DNA from: Rotaria socialis
Lineage: Eukaryota
Assembly: GCA_905331295.1 (NCBI GenBank)
Contig: CAJNYD010000375.1
Span: 1 to 64,000 of the forward strand
Length of the DNA stretch: 64,000 nucleotides
Direction of reading: 5' to 3'
Position 1 is the stretch's first letter, and each line of letters opens with the position of its first letter. Under the pieces are notes generated by a model. The model made no database searches. It was not told the origin of the DNA and was given only the letters and a program-made list of their open reading frames with translations. Shown here one piece after another: positions 51,301-64,000 of this stretch. Position numbers and translations under genes: made by a program.

Positions 51301-54300
51301 CAAAATCTTCAAGTTGTCTAGATAATTCAGAATTTTCACTGGCTAATTTTGATTTTTGTTGATTAACTTCATGCATTTGCTTTGTATGATCATCAACTTT
51401 AACGTGCATTTCACTCAATTGTTGTTCAAGTTGTTTGGAAAGTTTTTCAGCGGCACCTCTACCCTTTTGTATGTGATCAACTTGTGATCGTAAATCATCT
51501 AATTCAGATTTAACTGTCATTTTTTCTTTTTCTAATTTATTTTTGGTTTTTTGAAGTTGATCAATTTGTTCACCCATTTCTAAAAATAGACATTGTTTAA
51601 TATGTATTTATGAAATAAATGAAAAACAAAACAAAAAACTCACCAGTAACTGCATCTTGATGTTTCTTACGAAGTTGTGCTGCAGTAGCTTCATGTTGAA
51701 GATTAGCTTCTTCTAAATCACGACGAAGTTTAGCCAATTCTGCTTCTCGTTTTTTATTCATTTCAACTTGTGATGAAGTTGCTCCACCAGCATCATCTAA
51801 ACGTTCACGCATTTCATCAATTTCTCGTGCTAAATCTGCTCGTTGTTTCTCGGTTTTGGCACGTGATTGACGTTCATTGTCAAGTTCTTCTTCAACTTCT
51901 TCGACACGTGCTTGTAATTCTTTAATTTTCTTGCTAAGACTAGTTGCTTGACTTTGTTCAGTTTCTAGACGGCTATTGACTTGTTGAATTTCTTGATCTT
52001 TTCGTTTGAGAGTATCTTCAAGATCGTGTTTTGATCGTTCGAGTTCTTCAATATTACCTTGTGCTGCTTTAAGATCAGTCTCGACTTTTCTTTTAGATTT
52101 GTCAAGATCGGCCCGACTTTTTTTCTCGCGTTCCAAATTTTCTTCAAGTTCATCAAGCGTTTGTTCAAGTTTTGTTTTAAGTTTATTTAAATGATTAACT
52201 TTATCTTCTTCTGCTTGTAATTGTTCGGTTGTTTTTGTATTTTGCTCTTCAAGTCGTTTACGTTCACGTGTTAATTTAGCAATGCTCTCATCTTGTTGTG
52301 CCATTTCATCTTGTAACATACGAATTTGATTATCTCGTGTTTTGCATTCGTTTTCTGATTTTTGAAGGCTTAAACGTATATCATCAATATCTTTTTTCAT
52401 TCCTTCAATATCTTGTTCTAATTTCTTCTTCTTTTTATTTAATTCTTGAGATGCAGATTCTTCATCATTTAATCGTTCTTCTACATCTTTGATTTGTTGC
52501 TCGAGATCAGACTTTTGAGTTACTACAAAAAAAAATACGCATTAATTATCGGGATCAGTAAAAGTAATGAAAAAAAAACTATACCTAATCGAGTTAAGCG
52601 TTCTTCAGCATCACCCATAAGATTTCGTTGTGTTTCCAATTGAAGATAAATTTCATTCTTCTCTAGAAAATTATTCATTAACAAATTGAAACATTCAAGT
52701 TGTTATGATTTACCTCGAATCAGTTTTGAATTATTATCTTCCGTTTCTTTACGTAATTTTTCTTCTTTTTCAAATTGTTCTTTGAGTGCTTTAAATTCAT
52801 CTTCGAGTTTTTTCAACTCATCTTCTTGTCGAGCTACTGACAAGAGTGGCTTAACTTTGGTATATAATTTCCACCATGCCCAGTTGCGAAGTGACAAATA
52901 TTTACGAATATTACGTTGTAAGACAGACAGAGCTAAACGTTGTTCCAACATTTTCTTGTACTCTCTTTTCATAATGTAACCACGAACTTGACTTTGTAAT
53001 CGAGCAATGATTCTTGACAATGCTTGATCACGTAAATCTTCAAGATGACCTAATGTTCCAGCCTTGAAGAAGACTTTAGTGCTACCTAATCGATATAGTT
53101 CTTCAGATAAAGCTACATCTTTGAGAATGCTTTCAGTTGCCTTCTTAGCGTCAACAAATCCTTTGGGAATGGCATTGGGTGCCAAAATAGAATAACGTTG
53201 TTTGAATTCAGCATAAATTATACGATTTGGAAAGCCTTTACGACAAATACGAATACCTTCAAGTACACCATTACATGTAAGTTGATGCATAACCAAATGT
53301 GAATCAAGAACGCCTCCTGTTTTGATTTCATTCGGAATAATACAACGAACAAAATGAGGATGAGTTGATTTCAAATTAGTCATCAATTTATGGAGTGATT
53401 CCTATACATAAAAATAATTTGCTTTGTATAAAAATTGAGAAGACCAAAGATTTAGAAACTTACACGATGAGTAGCTGAAATAGTTTGCATACTTCCACCC
53501 TTCTTCTTGGCTCCTGCTTTACCACCACCACCACCTTCTTCTTCAATAACATCAGCAAAGAGATGAGCCAACATTGTGCTTTTAGATTTAGCAAAGAGAG
53601 TAGCACTAGAGAGACGCAAGAAAATATTTATATAGTAAACATAAATATACTGCATTAAAAGTACATACACAGTAGTGTTAATAGGATCTTTGTTCTTTTC
53701 AAGCCATCCGGTAGCAGTGTATGGGACAGAACCAGCATAATGATGAATTTCAAAATGTGCTTCTGCTTTACCTTTTGCAGGTTTGGGTTTACCGAATTGT
53801 GGATGTTTTCCTAAATGATTATTGTAAAGTTTTTCGACGAATGTCTTATCTGTAGCCTTTGGTACGATACATTCTTCTTCCAGAATCGAAAGAATACCCA
53901 TAGGCTAAAAAAGAAAAAGATTTAGATGACTACAAATAAAGCAAATCTATCACATGTATCATACCTTTTCGATCAAATCAATACAAGCTTGAAGATCCAT
54001 ACCGAAATCGATAAATTCCCATTGGATACCTTCTCTTTTGTATTCTTCTTGTTCTAATACGAACATATGATGATTGAAGAATTGTTGAAGACGTTCATTA
54101 GTATAATTAATACATAATTGTTCGAAACCATTGTACTATATTGTGCACATAGGTTACAAATCATCGAGAAAATAGTCAAATACTTACGTTAAAAATTTCA
54201 AAACCAGCAATATCGAGCACACCAATAAAATATTGTCGTTTAGCTTTGACATCGAGAGTTGTGTTAACACGCTCGACTAACCAGCAAAACATTCGATGGT

Positions 54301-57300
54301 AAATCTTAAGTGTACGGACATCAATAGAAATGTATTAGAAAATTGATATGAGAATAAAATAATAAAATTTCGAATAGGAATTCATTATTCGTTCTTCTTT
54401 GACATCTAATTTTTAATACTTTGTTCTTATCTACACATTGTGTAAATATAATCGATAGGATATTAATCAGTGAAATATTTGTCTGAAAAATCATCTGAGA
54501 ATCTTTATTAAAGTAACTCAAATCTAAAACATACTTCTATGTATCATCGAAATATCAATCTTTGATAGATATCTTTCTTCAACCGAATAATCTATCATCG
54601 GTAGTTAAGATTCATCAATAACATGAAAATCTAACGAACACGAAATAATAATACTATTTCATTGTTCAATCCGTGTCGATATTTTTTTCAAGTAGTAAAA
54701 TAATAAATCAATTAGAATGATTCAACGTACCGATTTGGATAAAGCACCGATTGAGTTCACAACTTGATCTTTATTTTGACCTTTATTGACGAATTCGTTA
54801 CCAACCTATAGAAAATTAGAAAATTTGGATAAGTTGTTAAAACAAGGAACGATGAATACAAACCTTGATACGAGGTTTAAGTAAACCTTTAATAAGTTCC
54901 GCAGCATCGACCTCAAGTAAATGCGCAACCTTTTCACAGTCTTCTGTAGTTTCAGCTTCTGCTTGCTCTTCCCGAGGTCGCTGTTTCCATTGTGAATTAC
55001 CAAAGTGCATAATGGCAGCTGTACACTTGTACATACTATTCTTTTCTTCCTATAAAATTTTTCCAAGTTAATCATTTCTTTTTATTTCATGAATATCTTG
55101 TACAAACCGTTGTAAAGCCAAGTGTATCAAAAGCCTCATCGGTGATACGCATTTCTTCAGCATCATCTACACCATCAATGACAACCATACCTTGGGATAC
55201 AAACTGATATTTTAATGGATCAGTTTGAATAAGACATAGTTCTAGAGAAAACAAATTGGAATAATCAAATCAGACAATCAAGTAAAATATGCTAGAGAGA
55301 CATACTGTGCATTTCCGGAAATGCAGTGGAGCACATTTGATAAAAAATATGATAGTTGCGTTCAGCTAAAAATGAAAAGATTATATTATATTCAATTTAT
55401 TCTCGGCACACCTAAATTAGATTTTACCTGGTTGCTACAAAAGAAGAAAGGAGCAATTTAATCATCATCATAAAGATCGATTGTATGAATAAAATATTTT
55501 ACCTGAAAGATGACACGAGATTTCTCGAGTAGATATACTTCAATATCAGCACCTGCAATTTTTCCTGTAGGACCAAAGTGAATACGAATAAATTTTCCCT
55601 ATAAGTAATACAGAATCAATGTTATTACTAATTTTTGTAGACAAATATTGAATAGAGGTGAATAGTGAACATAATTTAAACAGAGCAAACAAGCAGACAT
55701 GCAGATTAGAGTATTCCACGCAATATGAACCACTCTATGGTAATTTCTTGAAAACAAAGAATTATCATAGACTTTTCATTCGTTATCGAGCGATTTTCGT
55801 CACTTACAAATAGTGACAATATATGGTTTGTGACATTTTTCATCGGTATTTGGGAAAAGAGGTTTGTTTATTGAATGTATTATTGCTATAAGAAAGGTAA
55901 ATTGGGTTCAATATTATCATATTGGTAAAGTATGAATATTCAATAGTTTGATTTTCAAAAACTAAATGTCTATAATAAGCAAGACGTATATGTTGATGAA
56001 AATAAATTTGATGATCTCTAGGTGTAAGATATTGGAGTATGGGTGAAAGTAAAATAAATCGATAACTTTATGCATGCTCTTGGTTGGTCATAATTTTTTG
56101 AAAGCAAACTAATAATTGTGATGAAATTCTCAAAGCAAAACTGTGGAATTTGTTTTAGTGAAACTATTCAACTTACAAAACGAGAAGAATTATTGTTTCG
56201 AGTTGTTTTTGCATTACCATAAGCCTCCAAAGCCGGATCTAATCAAACGAAAATAAGTATATAGATAAAAATTAATCTGAGAGAGTTCGGAAAAAAATAC
56301 ACTTACTAGCTGAAATAATTTGATCTTCAAGAGTCATTGTTTTCTATTTTAATCAAGAGAAAATTTATAAAAAAAAATTGAGTTTATTTTTTTAATCGCA
56401 TACCTTGGCGCTATCGTCTTTCTTTACACTAGCAGCAGCTACCAAAGCGAAATATTGAATAACTTTCTTTGTATTTTCTGTTTTGCCAGCACCTGATTCA
56501 CCAGTAATCAACATAGATTGATTTTCACGATCTAAACAATATTTTTTCATAGAGGAGTATGAATTAAAATCTATTGAATAGGATTTATAATTAAGTGATT
56601 AGCACAGAATATTCTACAATGAGTTGAGTATTTCTAAAACATCATGAATCACTTATATGTACTAAATGGTAGTAAAATGAGAATTCTGCATACTATACTA
56701 TTATAAAATAAAAAGAAGTATTCTCTAATTTCTTATGCTTCTTAGAAGTTGATATTCAACATGTGCGAATATATATATTGTGTAACTTATTTGATTCTAT
56801 GTGTCTTTTATATGAATCTATTCTATAAAACTTTGCACTTGCAGAATAGTATCATAGAGAATATTAAATTTTAACAATCGTAGAAAAGGAGTTTTTATTA
56901 GTAGAAGCCATTGGTTTGGTCAGATATCTACATATTTCTTTCTTTTATTCTTGTAATATCTGTTTAGAATGATTTTAATTTACTCTTAATATAAAGAATT
57001 TTCAGTATATTTAGGAGCTTAACCATCATTTTATATCGTAGCGATCATATTTTTATTATGAATTCAAATAAAATATCAAGCAACTATTGAAAAATATTCT
57101 AAAATCATCTATTTATGGGCAACTCATTACATAATTTTTTTTTTCGTTTGTTCATATTTTATTTTACTTTCTCAACTGAGATAGATGTAAACTATTGCAG
57201 CTTTCGTTACTGCTAGATACATAATTCAGTTTGTATTTGTACATGAATGTTAAACATGAACAAATGGTATCGTATGAGCAGATACTGGCGAAGTATTGTG

Positions 57301-59017
57301 CAACAGAAAAAAATATTCCGTTTAAAAGAATATCTTCATCATTTGTTTGTTGTTCTACATGTTTTAAAGAACATAAGAGAATACTTGTTTTCAACAAGTA
57401 TGTCAGATCGCTGTGTGAGATCAAATAATCGTATTTCCTGGAGCGAATCGTGTCTTTTACGGAAAGTTCATTGTTCACATTGACTTTTCTTATGTTAACG
57501 TAATTGGGATTTGTCAATTATTCAATCTTATTTATCGCGTAATAGAATTTGATTCAGCTGTATAAATAGATATTCGGTAACATAAACTAACATGAAATTA
57601 ATTTATGACTTGAATATCAGTACATATCGAAACTATCGGACCTTTTTCATAAAGATTTATCAAATATGAAATTCTAATTATCAAAACATATAATGTTTGA
57701 AACTTTGTTTGATCATTCTTTTTTTAAGTTGTGTTCTATCTCATGTAAAACTCTGTTGAATACATTAGCTCTGTAAATGTATTCACTAATTAAGATACAA
57801 TGAGACATGAGAGGAGAGCATTTGTGGAGATGAATATCTGATAACAATGTTTCAATATATCTAATTATTCACTTAGATAAAAACAATTACTAGGTAACTA
57901 TAAAGATGTTGAAAAGAAAATAAACATCATTTAACTATATTTCAACTAGTTACTTTGGTTCTTTTTTTTCTTGAGATAGTCAGATTTTCTTAATTATTTT
58001 ATATTCGTCACAGTATCACATCTGTGATTTGATAAAAAATAATCTCCCCAAGCTCTTGATCTAATCACAACAAACAAGTTGCATCTGTTGATGGACGTAT
58101 TATTTTTCTTTCTCTCTCTCTCCCTCGGTATACATCTACGTAGGTGATAACAACCATACCGCAAATGTCTTTCGGTTTTTCTTAACCCATATCCTATTTC
58201 GTTCATTCGCTTTTCCCTCATATACTGATGTTGATCCAGACGTGGATACGCCTTTCGTGACATTCTATCAATGAAGAATATTCAAGGACATGTCCTTTTT
58301 CTCCATATGACGTGTATCATTATCAGGTGATCTTTAATGCGAACAATTGCTTTCTCGATCAACATGGTTGTTTACAGTGTGATACTCACCACGAAGCATG
58401 TTCGAATAAGCATTATCAGCAATGGCATACAGATGTGGTGCAACTTCAGTGCGCTTCTTGCCACGATACATCATAACTACTTTCATTGTATAAATTGGCA
58501 AGCGTTTGTATGGATTAATGACGACGCAAAATAGACCTGAATATGTCTAAAAATATTTTAAATGAAAATAAATATCTATTTTAAGAACAGAAATATTAAA
58601 CAAACATAGATGAGCCAACGTGCATAACGATCGCGTAAATTAGCCAAAACTGAGCCATCGTTTAAATAGGTTAAATCAGCCATATCATCAGTGCATGAAT
58701 ACTTTGGTGGATTCATCTGTTGAACATTATCTTTTTTTACTGTAACAGTCTAGAGAAAAACAAAATCATGGATAACCGTTCAATTAATGTAAACTAAAAA
58801 TATTTACCTCTCCCTTGGCAGTTTTTATTGTTACATCATCACCTTTTGTACTCACAATTTCACCAGCAACATAAGACTCTTTTGCATCAGGTGCCCAACA
58901 TGCTTTTTTACCATCGAATGGTTGAGCCTGAAGTTTGATTTTTTCTTCTGGTGGGAGAACCAGAAATTTCATTGCTTCTACCACCTCCGGATCATGATGA
59001 TCATAAGTTGAGGACAT
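48375..59017 (-). CDS. Mhc: Myosin II heavy chain, striated-muscle type, multi-exon
   Basis: N-terminal SH3-like FDGKKACW, P-loop [62 protein letters not shown] and [14 protein letters not shown], then a long heptad coiled-coil rod ending SSSVRPR*. Confidence 0.98.
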
Positions 59018-59177
59018 TGTCTGAATTTCTTTGAATAATCGTTAATATACCAGATTATTCAATTTGATCAATGAAGATTTTTCTCGTTGTTAATATTCAA
59101 GAATGAAGCGCACTGAATTGCGTCCCAGAAATGATTGTGCTACTAGTATAACAAACAGTAATATACTCTCGATATTA

Positions 59178-59204
59178 AGAGAGAGAGAGAGAGAGAGAGA
59201 GAGA
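59178..59204. repeat. (GA)n microsatellite upstream of the myosin start
   Basis: Read directly. Confidence 0.9.
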
Positions 59205-61576
59205 TAATAAGAGAGAAAATATTCTCGCCAAAAAAAACCTAGCCCTCACTAAACAACACTGATAGAGCATATAATAATCACTCTCTCCAAAAAAAGCCAC
59301 AGAATTTCTTTGTTCCAATACCATAGCACAATTGAAGATCGGAAGAATGGTAGAGATTTCTTATTTATTTAATCCAATAATATATTAGTAGAACAAAAAA
59401 ATCTCCTGAATGTGAGATGTTTTTTTCTGGAATAGTTTTTCCTCTTTCTGCTATATAATCCATAGTGCAGTCGTGATTATAAATATCCTGTATTAAGCCA
59501 TGTACAAATTAAGAATATATGACAAAAATAGATTTATAGAAGCTACACAAAGCATCTTCTTTCGTATATCCAAAAAAATAGTTATGTGTCGTGAGCTAGT
59601 CAGATTTGATTCTTGGTTCTGTTGTTACTTTCTTACTTGCGCTATTTCATTTCTGATTGATATCATTTTGGATTTACCGATTAAGAGTGAATAATGTATA
59701 ATAATAAACATCATACAAGAATGAATATAGTATCAATACTTAATATTAAGAAAAACAAAAGATTGATTAATCAATATTCAAGATATTTTTAAGCATAACA
59801 TAACGATAAACTGGAGAAACAAGACACTGAAACCAATAATATAGTATAACGAATCGAAAGAATATCATGAAACAATTATTTTAGCTCTTTTTATCCACTG
59901 AAGTAATGAAATGAAGTTCATCTTATACTATTGAATAATAAAAAGATCTTCAAGTTTTCTAAGTAAACAAATTTTCATTTATTGCAGTCGTATATTTCAT
60001 CTTGGATACTCTCTTTCGTTCTTATACGTTTTTATTTTGTTAATATCTGCTTGAAGAATTCAAAATGTAGCAATTCACAGATTTTCTTTTGAGGATGCTT
60101 ACATCTATATTCACAACTCGGTTTTATTACAGGTTCCTACATCAACGAGAATGATCTCAAGGTTGCAGTCAAGAAAGTAGGAGGAAAAAAGAGTGGTGAG
60201 TAGAGCTAATAATGTGAAGGCGATATAATCACAAAAAGATAGGAGAAACAAGCAAGACAAAGAATTCTACATATATATATATATATATATAATTATACAC
60301 TGATATTTAATTGCTTACTGAGAAACCTTGACTCAACATATGAAGAGCAAATGAGCCTCGATTTCATGACAAACTATCGAATATGTATTCCATCAGTGGA
60401 TCACTTTTTGAAGCGTAGAATTTCAATGAAAAACAAAATATTCATTGACATTTTTCAGAAGAACGAAAACTAATATGATGTAGATTCAAGCATAGAGAGT
60501 ATAATCATTTTACTCGATAAATAATAGTATTTTTTAATCTTATGATCTACATATATGCATACATATCTACAAATTTCTAATTAGTTTGATTTAACACGGC
60601 AAAATAAATTCATTCGTAGCAGATACTATTGGCATTATCATTAGATCCATTGTTTTTTAAAGAAGAGATGAGATAATTGAATCTCGCCAGTCTCCTGAAG
60701 GACTAGATACGATCTCACACATGATCATTCTATTTACTTGTCAGTTTACGCCGAGAATCAGCTAATGAATCTATTTCAAATACATCTGTTTCGTCTCATG
60801 TGAAAACACAGAGACAACGATAATTCTATTTAATTAACACAAGAAGATGATTGTCGCATGTGAAAAACAAAGATATATCCGATGGAACAGATTAATGTAT
60901 TATCGCGTTGGTAAACGACAAATACATTTTGATATGCACAATTTGATTTTATAGAAATTCTGCCAAACAATGACAACGATACTTATTACTAAATAGAAAA
61001 AAAACTTCGAAATAAAGGGACAATGCAGAGAATAATGAGACATTTCAAAAATAAACCTGCTAGTCAATCTTATTTTAAAATCTTACACGTCATTAGAAGA
61101 GTGCAGTTAGCATACGTATTTTTGTGTACTGTTTCTTGCCATTGAATGGATTCCACGTTATTTTTTTATAATAATAAGCGAGTTTTTTTGAGATTTTATT
61201 TTTCAATATCGACTCTTGCTCTATAGTGCGAATAATGGAACTTCTGAAATCAATTTTCATACAATCATTCGTGCTTACAATGACTCTCCATATTAACAAA
61301 GTTAAAGTTATATTATCGTTTAGAAAACGAAGAATATCAACAACGACAGTATTTTTTTTTGTTTTTATAAATGATGTAACAGACATATCTTCAACACAAT
61401 TCGAATAGACATGATTTATTATAGTACTTTCCGATCTCTATTTTTAATTTTGCTTGCTGTAAATTAATAAACAGGTACATAGACAAAAACAATGTACAAA
61501 AAGAATCCACGCACATATATGTAAATAGATCTTAACAGCATCAATAAATATAAACACCGGAAAATAATGACAAATT

Positions 61577-63927
61577 TTAGTCCCAAAGTTTGACGACATT
61601 ATCCCATCCAGCTGTAAGAACCCTTGACTTTTCATGCCAATGCCATTTAGCATCAATGCATACATCATCATGAGCTTTAATTTGTTCAAAAATACGTGTT
61701 GTTTTCCAATCCCAAATAATTAGACGTCCATCTGCATCACCACTAATCAAATAAGACATATCTGGTGAAAAATCTAAGCCACATGCGTAACCAGATACCT
61801 ACATATCAATATAAAATATCAGTGTATTTGATTAAAAACTCAATGATTTCTTACCATATGTCCTTTGAATATTTTTTTGCTCTTCCATCGAAAATTAGCC
61901 AATGGTTCCATAATTCGAATTTGATTATCCATAGATTGAAACGCTAAATATTTACCTAAAATAAAAGCTTTTAAAATTAAGCATCATATATTAGCGAAAA
62001 GCAAACAAACCATTTCGTGATTGAGCAACAGCTGGCATTGAATGCATTGTTGGATCAGCAATATATTTAAAATCAACCGGAATATTCCTAAATAGAGTTT
62101 TAAAAACAAAATATAAATTCACTAGGTTCAATATTGTGATTTTTACCATTCCCAAACACGTATACTTTTGTCATCGGACGTTGAAACGATTCGACGATTT
62201 CGATCAACAAATGTAACTGTATTTATAGCACCCAAATGGCGATCATACTCTTGTACAACATGACCACTTCGAATGTCAAACTATATATGGAAAATCATCA
62301 ATACATGATACATGAAAATTTAACAAAATCATGAAAGCTTACACAAAGAATTTTCTTGTCCGACATACCACATATAAATAAATGTTGTTTATGTTCACTT
62401 GGATTAAATGATATGCAATATGGTATTTTACGCATTGGAAATTTACTTTTTACTTGACCTATTGTATTAAAATTCTGATGAAAATGTTTACTGAGAGAAA
62501 AATCAAGTTTGTACCTGTTTCTGTATCCCATAGTTTAACAGTTTTATCATATGATGCTGATAAAAATTCTGTGCCTGCATTATTAAAACTAACATCTCGC
62601 ACGGCTTGACTATGTCCAGAAAATGTTCGAATACAACGACGTTCATTATAGAATTCCCATAACTAAATCAAGATAAAAACAAAATATTGTTTCATTTTAG
62701 ACAATTGTTAGACTTACTTTGACTTTGCAATCCATTGAACAAGTTAGAAATAGATGAGCAGAAACAGGAAAATAATGAATCTTTTGTACAGCTTTTGTAT
62801 GTCCCTTGTATATATGTATACATTGTTTTGGAATAAAACATCGTTGGGGTCCATGATCTGAACGTAGATTAACACCAACATCTTGTGGTATATGAAGATA
62901 TGATCGACCTTGATAATCATATGGGTCTTTAATGTGTAATGTTGATGATGATGGATCTTCTGCTTCTTTATTTAATGTTGTTGATTCAGGATCGCGAGCA
63001 GATATTGGAGCATGTTGATCTTCTAAATTACGTCGTTTTATCTTCTTTCTTTTAGCTAGATGTTCATCGATTTCCTTTTGCTCTTCCTTAAATAAAAAAC
63101 ATGATAGACATTCAAAAAAAATCAAGTAAACAAAAGTGCAACGAATGGTACCTCCGATGGACGTGATACAGTGATTTCATCAACATATGGAGCCCATGGG
63201 CCTTGATAACGGTCAACATCACTTGAATCATTGTTCTTTTCTTTTTTTCTTTTTTCATTCAAAAGTTTTCGACTGGTTTCAAATATAGTTTTGCCTTGAT
63301 TTATTTCAGCACTAACTTGATCACCAATAATCTGCTGTGTTGGATGTTCTCCAACGCTGGGATCAGCTGCATAACCAAAACTATCAAATGTTCGCCGTTG
63401 ATTTTCAAATTGAAAATCACTCAAAGTAGTTGATTCAACATGACCATTAATTGTATTTCTATGGCTACTTTGCTGTTGTGTTAAATTGGGATTCGATGGG
63501 CCAAACTAAAATTAGTTTAGTAGTAATTTCTTCATTTTTGTTTTCATGAAAAACTATTCTACTTACTACTGGTGCATACATATCTTCATATTTAGGATTG
63601 TATTGGACTTCTCTTGTTCTAATATCTAGAAAACTGCTTGTATCTTCTGGCTAGAAATGCAAAAGGACAAATGTGTTATGATTTCATATAATCCTAGAAG
63701 GATAGTCTGATCTGTTATATATATGTATATTTTTTTTTTCCTGCTATTCTTACTCGGACAGCAATAGCTGGTGTCAAATTAAGTTTAATTTTTGACATGA
63801 CAGAAAATGTTGGATCATTAATAACAGCCATTCGATCATTTATTTCTTCTTCTGCAATAGTTTTCTCATCGTGTTTGCCATCATCATCATCATCATCATA
63901 CAATGCTTGAATTGCTGCAAGAGCCAT
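61577..63927 (-). CDS. CDC40: Pre-mRNA-processing factor 17 (WD40), about 10 exons
   Basis: [52 protein letters not shown]...[36 protein letters not shown] and [12 protein letters not shown]. Confidence 0.97.
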
Positions 63928-64000
63928 CTAGAAAAGTCAAAAAAAGTAAGAAAACATTCAAATAAATACACTTTTAATTGACTGATCTATATGTTAAAAA

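Noticed and set aside
55808..55885. AG/GT-bounded 78-nt segment in a myosin intron, considered as a mutually exclusive exon
   Set aside because: No similarity to neighbouring exons and an immediate stop in the required phase. I saw no duplicated alternative exons in any Mhc intron.
57164..57517. 117-aa ORF within the large myosin intron
   Set aside because: Non-ATG start and no recognisable domain or splice context.
931..63927. Cluster of RNA-processing genes (SNRNP48, Staufen, VIRMA, CDC40) and a search for U12-type introns or snRNA genes
   Set aside because: The genes are interspersed with unrelated ones, so the clustering is probably chance. All donors read were GT U2-type, with no RTATCCTT at an exon boundary, and no snRNA-like sequence was recognised.
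1..64000. Prokaryotic-type systems (CRISPR arrays, rRNA, bacterial operons, intact transposases or retroelements)
   Set aside because: No regularly spaced repeats, rRNA motifs, or RT/integrase/transposase ORFs were seen. The window is intron-rich eukaryotic DNA.

Overview
AT-rich eukaryotic (animal) genomic DNA. It is gene-dense, with many short (about 50-70 nt) GT-AG introns. The gene content (bdelloid-style F-box gene, foreign-looking genes, CCCAGGTCG-ended MITEs) suggests a bdelloid rotifer, but this is inference. Genes reconstructed by hand across introns: SNRNP48-like (U11-48K), Staufen-like, a RanBP2-type zinc-finger protein, a divergent Cdc42-like GTPase, CTDNEP1/dullard, CCDC50-like, a truncated F-box gene, an intronless secreted GH116 glycosidase with two PAN/apple domains, a Ser-rich unknown protein, ZSWIM2, a decaying bacterial-type DUF6973-like secreted gene, virilizer/VIRMA, tRNA-Thr(TGT), muscle myosin heavy chain and CDC40/PRP17. 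Several non-autonomous DNA transposons are present. The most notable oddities are: a copy of the tRNA's own D-loop and anticodon loop directly upstream of the tRNA; a 7-nt microexon in the myosin motor domain; two horizontal-transfer candidates, one intact and one pseudogenised; a roughly 1.86 kb foldback element with a 223-bp identical tract between otherwise diverged arms; and splice acceptors just before many start codons, suggesting possible SL trans-splicing or operons. Exon boundaries were read by eye and may be off by a few bases.
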